Source of the DNA: Candidatus Parcubacteria bacterium
Lineage (GTDB): Bacteria > Patescibacteriota > Minisyncoccia > Phycocordibacterales > CAIJYI01
Assembly: GCA_026395595.1 (NCBI GenBank)
Contig: JAPLYL010000001.1
Coordinates: forward strand, 6,174 to 70,173
Direction: 5' to 3'
Length of the DNA: 64,000 bases
This document shows positions 44,701-55,636 of this stretch, in pieces (within the stretch, counting starts at the first letter, position 1; each line of letters opens with the position of its first letter). Position numbers and translations under genes: made by a program. A model generated the notes under the pieces. That model did no database searches, was not told the origin of the DNA, and saw only the letters and a program-made list of their open reading frames with translations.

Positions 44701-47700
44701 GACCGGAGAGGTCGTCAACAGAACCCTTGATGGCGGCATCTATTAAGATTCTTGAAGTATTCTGGAAGGATGCGGCGGAAAGGAAGCTTCTGGTCGTGAG
44801 AGATATTTCTGAAATACCCAAAACGACGGTATCTCCCTTCGCTTCCGTTCCCCCGAGTTCTTTCGCTTTTTCATTCTCTTCGTAGAATTGAATGTTTTCA
44901 ACGATCTGTCCGATGTTGAATTTCGTATCTCCTGAATCGCGAATGACTCGGCGAGAGAACATCTGTCTGATGACAATTTCAAGATGTTTACGGTCAATGG
45001 AAGCGCCCTGCAATTCGTAGACTTTGCTGATTTCAGAGATAATGTAGTTCTCGGCTTTTTCTTTTCCTCCGTATTTGAAGATTTCTGTAATGTCTCCGGC
45101 TCCGTCGGTAAGAACATCGCCTTTCAACACCTCATCTCCGACTTTCACGAGAGAAACGCGTCTTGGGTCAGTCGTATATTCGGATTCGGCAGATTTATCT
45201 TTTCCGCGAACCGTAGTCCCGAGAACTTTTATCGTGAGTTCTTTTTCACCTTGTCTGATCTCGGTTACCGAACCGTCATATTTGTTGATAATGGCGTTGC
45301 TTCGGATAGATCGGCGTTCAAAGATTTCTTCAACGCGAGGCAGACCGGCGGTAATGTCTCCTCCTGCGGTAGCGATACCTCCGGCGTGGAAGGTACGCAT
45401 GGTCAACTGAGTTCCCGGCTCGCCGATAGCTTGCGCCGCGACGACTCCAACGGCTTCTCCAAGATCAACCAATTTATTCCTTCCGAGATCCAATCCGTAG
45501 CACTGTTGGCAGATACCATAGAGCGCTTTACAGGTGAGAGGAGAGCGAACAAATACTTCCTGCACTCCGGCTTCTTCAATGGTTTTCGCATCGGCTTTTG
45601 TGAGAAGGTATTTCTTCTTAAACATAACCTTTCCATCAGGAGAAACCACGTCTTTCGCGAGTGTGCGTCCGCGGAGATTTTTAGAAATAGGGATTTCAAG
45701 ACCGTGGATATCCATTTTACGAATCGGGATTCCCGCCTTTTCACCACAGTCATGTTCACAGACAACCACTCCGTCGGAGACATAGACTAAGCGGCGAGTA
45801 AGGTAACCGGCTTTAGCGGTGTTGAGCGCGGTGTCGGTCAAACCTTTACGTGAACCGTGAGTGGAAATGAAGTATTCAAGAGGAGAGAGACCTTCTTTAT
45901 TGGACGGTTTAATCGGGAAGTCAATGGTGCGTCCGGTCGTGCTAATGATAAGTCCTTTGATACCGGCCATCTGGACGATAGCGGAAAGCGAACCTCGGGC
46001 TCCGGAATAGATCATGTCGTACACTGACCCATGTTCCTGAATAGCTTGAGGAATAAGTTTTTCAATTTCAGAGATTGCGCCCTGCCATATTTCAATAGTT
46101 TTTCGGTAGCGTTCGTCTTCAGAAAGCAAACCTTCGTTATATTGGTCTTTGACCTTATCGGCCATAGCTTGGCGTGAAGCGATGACCGCTTTTTTTCCTT
46201 CCGGAACTTTCACGTCGTCAATGCCCCACGTAATGCCGGCTTTCGTTACCCATTTGAATCCGAAGTTCTTTATTTTATCCAAAACAGCCGGAGTTCCTTC
46301 AATACCGTATCTCGCCACCACGTCGTCAACGATCTTTGACATGGCTTTTCGGTCTATTTCTTTGTTAATGAAAGCGAAATCTTTCGGAAGAACGCCATTG
46401 AACAAAAGTCGTCCGATAGAGGTTTCAAAAGGTTTTCCATCAAAGATATCATATTTCGGGCTGTCTGTCCCAAGAACGGTAATTTTTGCGCGAATGGAAA
46501 CTTTTCCAAAATCATGCGCCATAATAGCGCTGTTCGGATTTGGGAAAAACTTCCCTTCCCCCATTTCTCCTTCCATTATTTTTGTCGTCCAGTAAGAACC
46601 GAGGACAATGTCCAACATTTTTGCAGAAGCGATAGCTTCGCCGTTGCCCGGTTTGAGAAGGTTTTTAGCGGAAGACATCAGATCTCCGGCTTCTTTCTGA
46701 GCTTCTCTGGAAAGAGGCAAGTGAACGGCCATTTGGTCTCCGTCAAAGTCCGCGTTAAAGGCGGAACACACGAGCGGGTGAACCTGAATGGCGGATCCTT
46801 CAACAAGGATAGGATGGAAAGCCTGAATACCGAGACGATGCAAGGTAGGCGCACGATTCAAGAGAACATATTTTCCGCGGATGACCTCTTCAAGAATAGC
46901 CCACACTTCAGGAACACTCTCATCAATGAGGCGGTTTGCTCCGCGGATATTGTACGCGAGTTCAGTTTGCAAAATCTTTGAAACGACGAACGGACGGAAA
47001 AGTTCAAGCGTGAGATATTTCGGCAATCCGCATTGATCAAGTTTGAGGTCAGGCCCGACGACGATAACGGAACGTCCGGAATAATCAACGCGTTTTCCGA
47101 GAAGATTCTGACGGAAAAGTCCTTGCTTCCCTTTCAAAGAATCAGAGAGAGACTTGAGAGCGCGTCTTTGCGCTTGATTCATGGCGGCAGAGGTTTGTTT
47201 TCGGGCGGAATTATCTATCAGAGAGTCAACAGCTTCTTGGAGAATACGTTTTTCATTGCGCAAGATAACATCGGGAGCGCCGATCTCTTTGAGTTTCTTC
47301 AAACGATTGTTGCGGTTGATGACACGGCGATACAAATCGTTTACGTCGGAAGTCGCATGACGTCCTCCATCAAGCGGAATCATCGGACGAAGAGCCGGAG
47401 GAGTAACCGCGATAACCGTCAAAAACATCCATTCGGGACGAACTCCGGAAGAAAGAAGGGAACGAACGAGTCCGAGTCTTTTCTGAACCTTCACACGTTC
47501 GGTCGCTCCGACTTTTTCATATTCCAAATCAAGCTTTTCTTTCAGCTTCGCGAGGTCTATTTTTTTGAAAATATCGTAAATGGCTTCAGCTCCAATACCC
47601 GCTTCAAAAGCGCTTCCATATTTAACGGAATACTTGTGATACATCGCTTCATCCAAAACAACTCCTTCGTTCAAATTATCCAGTTCTTTCTTTGCGGAAG

Positions 47701-48316
47701 TGAAGAGATCTTTTATTTTATCTTTTGTTTTGTCGTCAGAGTATTGTTTTACTTTTCCTTTGTATTCAGAATCCAGTTCTTTCATCAAACGGGTCTTTTC
47801 GGCTTGATTAACGTGAGTGACGATGTACCCGGCAAAGTAAATGACTTTTTCCACTTCAGCCACAGGAAGATTGAGCATGAGTCCGATACGTGAAGGAACG
47901 CCTCTCAAAAACCAAATATGAGAAACGGGGGCTGCCAATTCAAGGTGTCCCATTCGGTCGCGTCTGGCGATAGAGCGAGTGATCTCCACTCCGCATTTTT
48001 CGCAAACGATTCCTTTGTAGCGAATTCCTTTGTATTTTCCACAGTAACATTCGTAGTCCTTTTCAGGTCCGAATATCTTTTCGCAGAAAAGTCCGCTTCG
48101 TTCGCTTCGCTGCGTACGGTAGTTTATTGTTTCCGGTTTCGTTACTTCGCCGAATGACCAAGAGAGCATCACTTCGGGAGAAGCAAGCTTGAGTGAAATC
48201 TGGTCAAAGTCGTTCAAGTTGAAACCTTGATTTTTTGCGAGCGGAGCAGTGTTGTACTCTGCGCTTATTGTTTCGTTCGGTTCCATAATGGTTTGAGAAA
48301 TATGTTTAAATTCCAA
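44585..48316 (-). CDS. rpoC: DNA-directed RNA polymerase subunit beta'.
   Basis: 1243 aa with the Zn-finger [22 protein letters not shown] and the catalytic NADFDGD motif. Confidence 0.97.
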   Translation of the reverse strand: MEFKHISQTIMEPNETISAEYNTAPLAKNQGFNLNDFDQISLKLASPEVMLSWSFGEVTKPETINYRTQRSERSGLFCEKIFGPEKDYECYCGKYKGIRYKGIVCEKCGVEITRSIARRDRMGHLELAAPVSHIWFLRGVPSRIGLMLNLPVAEVEKVIYFAGYIVTHVNQAEKTRLMKELDSEYKGKVKQYSDDKTKDKIKDLFTSAKKELDNLNEGVVLDEAMYHKYSVKYGSAFEAGIGAEAIYDIFKKIDLAKLKEKLDLEYEKVGATERVKVQKRLGLVRSLLSSGVRPEWMFLTVIAVTPPALRPMIPLDGGRHATSDVNDLYRRVINRNNRLKKLKEIGAPDVILRNEKRILQEAVDSLIDNSARKQTSAAMNQAQRRALKSLSDSLKGKQGLFRQNLLGKRVDYSGRSVIVVGPDLKLDQCGLPKYLTLELFRPFVVSKILQTELAYNIRGANRLIDESVPEVWAILEEVIRGKYVLLNRAPTLHRLGIQAFHPILVEGSAIQVHPLVCSAFNADFDGDQMAVHLPLSREAQKEAGDLMSSAKNLLKPGNGEAIASAKMLDIVLGSYWTTKIMEGEMGEGKFFPNPNSAIMAHDFGKVSIRAKITVLGTDSPKYDIFDGKPFETSIGRLLFNGVLPKDFAFINKEIDRKAMSKIVDDVVARYGIEGTPAVLDKIKNFGFKWVTKAGITWGIDDVKVPEGKKAVIASRQAMADKVKDQYNEGLLSEDERYRKTIEIWQGAISEIEKLIPQAIQEHGSVYDMIYSGARGSLSAIVQMAGIKGLIISTTGRTIDFPIKPSNKEGLSPLEYFISTHGSRKGLTDTALNTAKAGYLTRRLVYVSDGVVVCEHDCGEKAGIPIRKMDIHGLEIPISKNLRGRTLAKDVVSPDGKVMFKKKYLLTKADAKTIEEAGVQEVFVRSPLTCKALYGICQQCYGLDLGRNKLVDLGEAVGVVAAQAIGEPGTQLTMRTFHAGGIATAGGDITAGLPRVEEIFERRSIRSNAIINKYDGSVTEIRQGEKELTIKVLGTTVRGKDKSAESEYTTDPRRVSLVKVGDEVLKGDVLTDGAGDITEIFKYGGKEKAENYIISEISKVYELQGASIDRKHLEIVIRQMFSRRVIRDSGDTKFNIGQIVENIQFYEENEKAKELGGTEAKGDTVVLGISEISLTTRSFLSAASFQNTSRILIDAAIKGSVDDLSGLKENILIGRLIPVGTGFRARLEDDEVIENTDTEEETAE

Positions 48317-48330
48317 AAGTTTTAGTAAAT

Positions 48331-51300
48331 TTATGATTGATCCGATTTTCCAAGATCAATATCCATAGCCAATCCCCGAAGCGATGCAAGAAGCACGCTG
48401 AACGATGCCGGAATATTGGGGTGTTTTATATTCTCGCCCTTAATAATGGAATCAAATGCGGCGGTTCTTCCGACGATATCGTCTGATTTAACGGTAAGCA
48501 TTTCTTGAAGCGTATAGGCTGCGCCATACCCTTCCAAAGCCCAGACTTCCATTTCTCCAAATCTCTGTCCTCCTCCTTGAGCTTTTCCTCCAAGTGGCTG
48601 TTGAGTAATGAGAGAGTAAGGTCCGATGGAACGCATGTGAATCTTGTCTTCCACCATGTGATGAAGCTTCATGATATACATGTAACCGACGGAAACATCC
48701 TGCTCAAACTTTTCTCCCGTTCTTCCGTCGTAGAGTTTCACTTTTCCATTGGAAGGAACTCCGGCTTTCACTAATTCGGCTTTTACTTCATCATCAGAAA
48801 CACCAAGGAAAGGAGGAGTAATTGCCTGATAGTTTAATTTTGATGCGGCCAATCCCAAGTGAAGTTCAAATATCTGTCCGAGGTTCATACGAGAAGGAAC
48901 ACCGAGAGGAGTGAGAATCATGTCTACCGGTTCTCCGTCTTCGGTGTACGGCATTTCTTCAACCGGAAGAATCTTGGAAATAACTCCTTTGTTTCCGTGT
49001 CGTCCCGCGAGCTTGTCTCCGACGGTGACCGCTCGGATCTGTGCGACTTCAATATGAATGCTTTGGATTATGCCTGACTCAAGCGCGTCTCCCTTATCGC
49101 GAGAGAACACTTTGACGCCGACGATACGTCCGCGTTTGCCGTGCTCCATGCGAAGAGACGTGTCTTTCACGTCGCGCGCTTTGTCGCCAAAGAGAGATCT
49201 CAAGAGTCTTTCTTCTGGTGTCAACTGAGTTTCGCCTTTCGGTGTAATCTTTCCGACAAGAATGTCTCCGGGGCGTACCTCGGCGCCGATGCGAATAATA
49301 CCGTTTTCATCCAAGTCTTTGAGTTTTGCTTCACCGACATTTGGGATATCGGGAGTAGTCATTTCGGGCCCAAGTTTGGTATCGCGAACATTCACGGAGA
49401 ACTCTTCAATATGTATCGTCGTGAATTTATTGTTCTCAACCAATCTTTCAGAAAGAATGATGGCGTCTTCGTAGTTCGCTCCATTCCAAGACATGAACGC
49501 GATTCTGATGTTTTGTCCGAGTGCGAGCTGTCCATCATCGGTCGTGGACATGTCGGCAATAACTTCCCCTTTCTTCACTTTCTGACCGACAGAAACGGAT
49601 GGTCTCTGGTGGAGAATAACAAAGCTGTTCGTACGAGAGAAATTTACCAGCGTATAAAGCTGTTCTTTGTTTTGTTTGTTTTTAACGCGAATCTTTCGGC
49701 TGTCAACATAGGTTACGGTTCCGTCTTCTTCCGCGAGGATCATGCGTCCGCCGTCACGAGCAGCCGTTTCTTCAATTCCGGTAGCCACAAAAGGCGCTTC
49801 CGGCACGAGACACGGAGTCGCTTGTCTTTGCATGTTTGAACCCATGAGGGCGCGGTTGGCGTCGTTGTGTTCCAAGAAAGGAATCATAGAAGTCGCAACG
49901 GAGAAGCCTTGGTTCGGAGCAACGTCAATAAAGTCAACTTCTTTTTTGTTGACCAAAATCGGATGAGAACCGAAACGAACCTCAACGTTTTCTTCAATTA
50001 TTTCACCGTCTTCCGAATACTGGGTTGCGCCGTGCGCAATTTTGAATCCTTCTTCTTCCAAAGCGTTAAAGAAAAGAATTTCTTTCGTAATTTTTCCTTT
50101 TACGACTTTTGCATAAGGCGTTTCAATAACACCGAATTCGTTGATGCGAGCATACACGGCAAGACGAAGAATAAGACCGATGTTCGGACCTTCCGGAGTA
50201 TGAATGGGACAAAGGCGTCCGTAGTGGGAGGGATGCACGTCGCGAACTTCAAAACCGGCGCGCTCGCGAGTGAGTCCTCCGGGGCCTAATGCGGAAAGTG
50301 TTCGGAGATGCTCAATTTCAGCAAGAGCGTTCTCTTGGTTCATAAACTGAGAGAGCTGGTTGGTGGCAAAGAATTCTTTAATACGAGCTTGAAGAGGACG
50401 AGGACTGATGAAAGAGATAGGAGCGAGCACATCGGGTTCCGCGGTAGACATTCTGTCTTGGATGTTTCTTTTCATCTGAGACATACCGACGCGAATCTTC
50501 TGTTGGAACATCTCACCGACGTATCGGACACGGCGAAGACCGAGGTGGTCAATGTCGTCATGAGCCGCTCCCGGAGTGTTATTCTGATCTATAATATGTA
50601 TAACGATGGAAACAACATCCTCAAAAGAGAGTGTTCGGCGAGCCAGATCTTCTTCTCCCATCTCTTTATTGAAACGTTTGTTGAAACGAAGGCGTCCGAC
50701 CGGTGAAAGATCATATTTTTCTTTGCTGAAAATTGCATTAACGAATTCTTTCGCATTGTCAGCGGTCGCTAAATCACCATCGCGGAGACGTTTGTAAATT
50801 TCAATATAAGAATCGTCTTTTGAGGCGGCGGCATCTTTCGCGAGTGACATTTTTATGGCATCAAGCGCGAGCGGATGATCTTTAAAGGCAGAAAGGATAC
50901 CTTCTTTTTGACCATCACCGAAGACTTTAAGAAGCAAGGTAACGGGGAATTTTCTTTTTCGATCAATGCGGACATGAATTCCCATGTCGTTATCGGTTTC
51001 AAATTCAACCCATGCTCCGCGAGCAGGAATAATTTTCGCGCCGAATATCTTTTTCCCGCGGAATTCATTGGCGGTAAAGAATACGCCGTATGAACGGGCG
51101 AGTTGGGGAACGATAACGCGTTCAACGCCATTGATGATGAAAGTGCCATGCTCCGTCATGAGCGGGAAATCAGCCATAAAAAGCTCTTGCTCTTTTTCTT
51201 TGCCGAGAGTTTTGTTGACAAGGCGAACCTTCACGCGAAGAGGCGCTTCGTAAGTAAGCTTGTTTTGCTTGGCGAAGAATTCATCATACTTCGGAGGAAG

Positions 51301-51492
51301 AAGCTCTAAAGAAACAAATTCCAGAGAGAATTTCTTATCGGAATAGTCCCGCATCGGAGAAAATTCTTTAAAAATCTCAACCAGACCCTTATCAAGAAGA
51401 GTCTTGTAGGAGTCCATCTGCGCTTCTACGAGATTCGGCGATTCAGTGAGGGGCTTTTGATACAGCGAAAAATATTTTTTCTCTCTTTTCAT
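48331..51492 (-). CDS. rpoB: DNA-directed RNA polymerase subunit beta (compact 1053-aa form).
   Basis: Conserved beta-subunit blocks, for example [23 protein letters not shown] and NIGLI. It lies immediately upstream of rpoC. Confidence 0.97.
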   Translation of the reverse strand: [1053 protein letters not shown]

Positions 51493-51852
51493 AATAGGGC
51501 TCAGTGAATAATAAAAGAATTATAGAGACAAAAAAATTCCCAACCCTGTCTAAAAAGGCCTCGGAATTCTTTATTAATCTTTATAATTCAAATGCAAGCA
51601 ATTGTGAAGCTTGGTTAGCTAAAAAACGAGCGTTTCTTCAGCCATGAACTCATCCTAAAAACGTAACTACAAGTATACTCCAGCAGGATTTTTTTGTCAA
51701 ATGCAAAAAAGTCAATAAACGCTTAAAAACGGCGTTTTTTTCTTCGCTCTTCCCTTTTAAGGCTAATAACCTAGACTTTTTATTCGGAACCAAAACAAAA
51801 CACCGATTTTAACATAAATCAACCTGTGGATAAATACCATTTTCCAAACAAA

Positions 51853-51890
51853 AATCCCGCCCTTTTTGAAATAATGGGCGGGATTTTTAA
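51853..51890. terminator. Bidirectional terminator (AATCCCGCCC...GGGCGGGATT + T5).
   Basis: A 10-bp GC stem with T-runs on both strands. It lies downstream of the 51893..52204 gene. Confidence 0.6.
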
Positions 51891-51892
51891 AA

Positions 51893-52204
51893 TTATCGTT
51901 TTTCAAGAACTTCAACCCGCCGAACAACCTTATCAAACTCGTTCCGATGTACCGTTTCGTCCAGACTCAAAAGAGTTCCCATCTGCTTCTTCTCAAGCGA
52001 AGAAAGACGACGATTGGTTTCCCCTTGTTCAATAGTGAGATTAGTAAGGCGAGAATCTATGCCATCAAGACGAGAGTCTATGCCGTCAAGACGGGAATTA
52101 ACGGAAGAAAATTTTTGTTCAATTTTTTCAAACCCGTCTACTACAAGGCGCGCGACCATTTCAATACCGGTTTCTTTTTCTTTCATTTTTATTTCTTTTT
52201 TCAT
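51893..52204 (-). CDS. Small coiled-coil protein with 7-aa tandem repeats (DSRLDGI, ~2.5 copies). Paralog of 61213..61569.
   Basis: Shares the N-terminal GFEKIE..SSV block and the C-terminal E(Q/E)..ETNRRL.S..KKQ.GT.LSLDETVHRNEF...VRRVE.LEK block with its paralog. The repeat number differs. Confidence 0.6.
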   Translation of the reverse strand: MKKEIKMKEKETGIEMVARLVVDGFEKIEQKFSSVNSRLDGIDSRLDGIDSRLTNLTIEQGETNRRLSSLEKKQMGTLLSLDETVHRNEFDKVVRRVEVLEKR

Positions 52205-52228
52205 GGAAGTTTTTGAGTGTGCTGTTTT

Positions 52229-54679
52229 CTATTTCTTCTTCGTCGTTTTTGCGGTTGTTGTAGCTTTAGTATCTTCTTTTACCCCCAACGATGAAAGCGG
52301 AGCATATCCATTTTCAAGATTCTTGATGATCTGCGCAACCTCTTTGTTATCTGGGTTCAATTTCTGAATATCCTTGAACTCTTTCAAGGCATCTTCTTTT
52401 TGTCCGAATTTAAAGTAAGAAAGTCCGAGGAAGTATTTTGCGTTGGAGTAATCGGGGGTCAACTGTATGGCTTTTTCAAGAGCCGTCGCGGCTGATTCGT
52501 AATTACCTGTCTGATAACGCAGGTATCCTAACTGAAAGAGAACCATCGGATCGGAAAAATTGATGGCGGAGGCTTTTTCCATAACATCAAGGGCTTTGCC
52601 GGAATCTCCGGTGCTTCCCTCTATCTGAGCCATGAGGATCAAGGCGTCAGAGTAATCGTTTTTCAGATCAAGCGCTTTTTTCAAGAAGGTTTTTGCCTCA
52701 TCGTTTTGTTTATTCAGCAAAGCAAGCTGGGCCATCGTATAAGGAATCTGAGGATTGTAAGGATTTCTTTTTGCCGCTTGTTCATATGATGCCTTTGCTT
52801 GAATATACGCATCCCCCGAAACACCTTTGATATTCAACGGAATCAAAACGAAATACATATTTCCGAGAACGATCCAGTTCATGTAGTTTGAACTATCCAT
52901 TAAAATAGCTTTGTTCGCTCCCGTGATGGAGTTTTGGAAATTTGTTCCGAATTGAGTACGAATCTGGTCTGCCGAGAGATCTTTGCTGGCAAGAACTTGC
53001 TGCGCTTGATATGAACTCAAGAGGGCAAAAGAACGATAGTACGTATCATTTTGAGAAAGAGATAAAGCCTTTTCTAATTCAACATTTGCTTTTTTAAAAT
53101 CTCCGGCATTTCCCGCAATCATAGCGTTGCGATATAAGAAGAAAGAGCGCGCTCTTTGAATCGTGTAATAACCGAGAGCGGTTCCTGATCCAAGCAGTAA
53201 AAGCAGAGCGACCACAAAAGCAAAACCAACTCGAGGGTTTTGAGAATAATCGTATTCATTGACTTGAGGCAATCCTGAAGCAGAAATGGTTCCCAAGAAA
53301 AGCCCGGTGAGAACAAAAGCAAAAATAAAAGGAACGACCCCAACGGTGTTCGTACAAATTATGCTCCAGCTATACACCGCTCCGATAAAAGAAGCGAGCG
53401 AAGCATATTGAACGATTGGATCCATATAGGCAAATCTCTTTCGTAACGCGCGAAAACCGCCAACAAGAAAAAGAAGAAGAAAAGCTACCCACCCAAGAAA
53501 ACCAAGAATTCCGGAGGTAACCGCAGTAGAAGACAAAGAACCGACTCCCTCGTTGAAATCAACTCCCCACCATGGCGTATAGTTTACTTCTACCGGGCGA
53601 TATTGCTGCCACGGAATAAAGAAACGATTCGGCCCAACACCCAAAAATCCATCTTTTATATTTTCAGTAATCACAGAACGAGAGATATTGAGCGTCCCCG
53701 ACCATGAAGGTCTGACATCTTGTACCGGAGGCAAGCCTATAATATCAAACAATTTGGCGTTAATGTTCATTCCAAAAAAAACGAAGAGAACGGAAACGGC
53801 AGCAACTATGAACGACGGAGATAATAGCCATTTTTTTGCAATGGAAGCGCTTCCCAAGGGAATTTCTTTCGTCGCGCTAAAAAAGACAAAAACAGAGAGA
53901 GCAAAAGAAATTATGGCAAGAATAATCCAAGAATTTCCAAAAAAGACAAGAGAATGGAAGAAAAGACCGGCAACAAGAAAAATATAAAACATTCCTCTTG
54001 TGTTCTTTCTGAGAGGAAACTTCTCTAACGCAACAAGAGCGAGTATCGCAATGATGCCGGAAAAAATACCGAGGTCATTCCATCCTCCGACAAGATTCGC
54101 TGTTTTATCGGCCGTAATAGAGAGAAAAACCGCCTTTGGAAACACAAAATGAAAAATCTGAAAAAGAAAGACGGCGACAAACGAGCCAGCCATTGCCATA
54201 AAAGCAAAAAACATTTGTTTTTTTGCCCTGAAAAATATCGCGATCAAAAGTGTGAGTACGCTCAAAAGAAACAGTTCAAACGAAGTCGTAATCTCTGCCC
54301 CAGTCCCAAAGAAGGAAGCAGAAAAACTTCCGGAAAAAAGAGAGGAAAGCGAGTATATAATGACAAGAAAAGTTAAAGCGCCAAAAACGGGACTCTTGGG
54401 AAGAACAATAACTTCTTTTTTAATCCACAAGAAAAAAGTGAGAATGACGGTAGAAATGACCGCAAAAGAAAGCAGTACATTCTTGGCATAACTAAAAGCG
54501 ACGCCGTTGAGCGGTAAGAAAAAAAATGGCATCAAAGCGATGAAACTAACAAGAATTCCGACAATGGATCTTTCAAGAAGAGTTTTTCCTGCGCCGATCT
54601 CGGCTCCATGATTCGGTTCATGAATGTAAACCTCCTCGTAAACTATTCCCTCAATTATTTCTTGCGATTCTTCGTTCAT
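52229..54679 (-). CDS. Polytopic membrane protein (O-antigen ligase/polymerase-like N-terminal region) with C-terminal TPR repeats.
   Basis: 816 aa with more than 10 predicted TM helices, followed by TPR-like repeats (..AL..Y..A......A...L.KA..L.P...). A Lys/Thr-rich tail follows. Confidence 0.5.
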   Translation of the reverse strand: MNEESQEIIEGIVYEEVYIHEPNHGAEIGAGKTLLERSIVGILVSFIALMPFFFLPLNGVAFSYAKNVLLSFAVISTVILTFFLWIKKEVIVLPKSPVFGALTFLVIIYSLSSLFSGSFSASFFGTGAEITTSFELFLLSVLTLLIAIFFRAKKQMFFAFMAMAGSFVAVFLFQIFHFVFPKAVFLSITADKTANLVGGWNDLGIFSGIIAILALVALEKFPLRKNTRGMFYIFLVAGLFFHSLVFFGNSWIILAIISFALSVFVFFSATKEIPLGSASIAKKWLLSPSFIVAAVSVLFVFFGMNINAKLFDIIGLPPVQDVRPSWSGTLNISRSVITENIKDGFLGVGPNRFFIPWQQYRPVEVNYTPWWGVDFNEGVGSLSSTAVTSGILGFLGWVAFLLLFLVGGFRALRKRFAYMDPIVQYASLASFIGAVYSWSIICTNTVGVVPFIFAFVLTGLFLGTISASGLPQVNEYDYSQNPRVGFAFVVALLLLLGSGTALGYYTIQRARSFFLYRNAMIAGNAGDFKKANVELEKALSLSQNDTYYRSFALLSSYQAQQVLASKDLSADQIRTQFGTNFQNSITGANKAILMDSSNYMNWIVLGNMYFVLIPLNIKGVSGDAYIQAKASYEQAAKRNPYNPQIPYTMAQLALLNKQNDEAKTFLKKALDLKNDYSDALILMAQIEGSTGDSGKALDVMEKASAINFSDPMVLFQLGYLRYQTGNYESAATALEKAIQLTPDYSNAKYFLGLSYFKFGQKEDALKEFKDIQKLNPDNKEVAQIIKNLENGYAPLSSLGVKEDTKATTTAKTTKKK

Positions 54680-54791
54680 AATGCATATAAAATTAACCCA
54701 CTAGTATATTTTTTTATTTTACCAAAAATCAACAAGGAGAGTAAAGGGAAAACTTCTAAAAATTCCCCAAGGGAAATCCTTGGGGAATTTT

Positions 54792-55463
54792 TTACTTGTT
54801 TTTGCTCGTTTTCCATTCTTCTATCTTTTTGTGGTCGCCGGAGAGAAGAACTTCGGGGACTTTGTATTTCTTTTTTTGATACGTAAACACTTCCGGGCGG
54901 GTGTAGACTTCGTGGCTGGAAATGCGATTTTCTTCCAATGAAGCGAACTTGCCCAAAACACCTTCTATCTGGCGAGAAACGGCATCCATAAAAACCATCG
55001 CCGGCAATTCCCCGCCAGTCAAAACGTATTCGCCGATGGAAACGTCTTCCGCTTTCAAAATTTTCTTTACACGGGCATCAATACCTTCATATCGTCCGCA
55101 AATAAGAATGATATCGGTATATTTTTTATCAATGCAGCCTTTTGCATAAGTATTCGTGAAATTTGTTCCGCCAGGGGAGAAAATAATGATTTTGAACTTA
55201 CGTTTTGCGTTCGCCCGGCCTTTCGCTTTTGCTACGGCGCGAAGCACGGGGCCCGGCAGCAAAACCATTCCCGGACCTCCGCTGTACGGTCGGCCGTCCA
55301 CTTTTTTCCGCCAGCCATTCTCGCCGACAATCTCGGCATAGTCGCGGGGAGTATATGTTTTTATTTTTATGAATTTCTTGTCTTGCGCCCGCGACAAAAT
55401 AGACTCGCTGATGTAGGAGGTGAGAGATTCGGGAAATAAAGTGATGACATGAAAAGTAAGCAT
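54792..55463 (-). CDS. trmD: tRNA (guanine37-N1)-methyltransferase.
   Basis: MLTFHVITLFPE...GRPYSGGPGMVL...GRYEGIDARV is characteristic of TrmD (SPOUT fold). Confidence 0.9.
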   Translation of the reverse strand: MLTFHVITLFPESLTSYISESILSRAQDKKFIKIKTYTPRDYAEIVGENGWRKKVDGRPYSGGPGMVLLPGPVLRAVAKAKGRANAKRKFKIIIFSPGGTNFTNTYAKGCIDKKYTDIILICGRYEGIDARVKKILKAEDVSIGEYVLTGGELPAMVFMDAVSRQIEGVLGKFASLEENRISSHEVYTRPEVFTYQKKKYKVPEVLLSGDHKKIEEWKTSKNK

Positions 55464-55540
55464 ATAGTTCTTTCGTGATACGAAAATAACACAAAAGCCA
55501 CCAAATGTAAATGGTGGCTTTGTTTTATCACAAAAAGAAA

Positions 55541-55566
55541 ATCCTGCACATTTGTGCAGGATTTGA
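55541..55566 (-). terminator. Rho-independent terminator (AATCCTGCACA aa TGTGCAGGATT + T-rich) for the 55637..56185 gene.
   Basis: A perfect 11-bp stem, with TTTTCTTTTT on the minus strand after it. Confidence 0.6.
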
Positions 55567-55636
55567 TCATGGTGACCACTTTAACTTCGTCAAAGGGCTA
55601 AGACCAAAGGGTCAAAAAGAACTAAGCGACTAATTT

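Noticed and set aside
44984-51309. Many plus-strand ORFs of 60-290 aa inside rpoC and rpoB.
   Set aside because: They are antisense to universally conserved RNA polymerase genes. These are typical spurious ORFs on the opposite strand of long genes.
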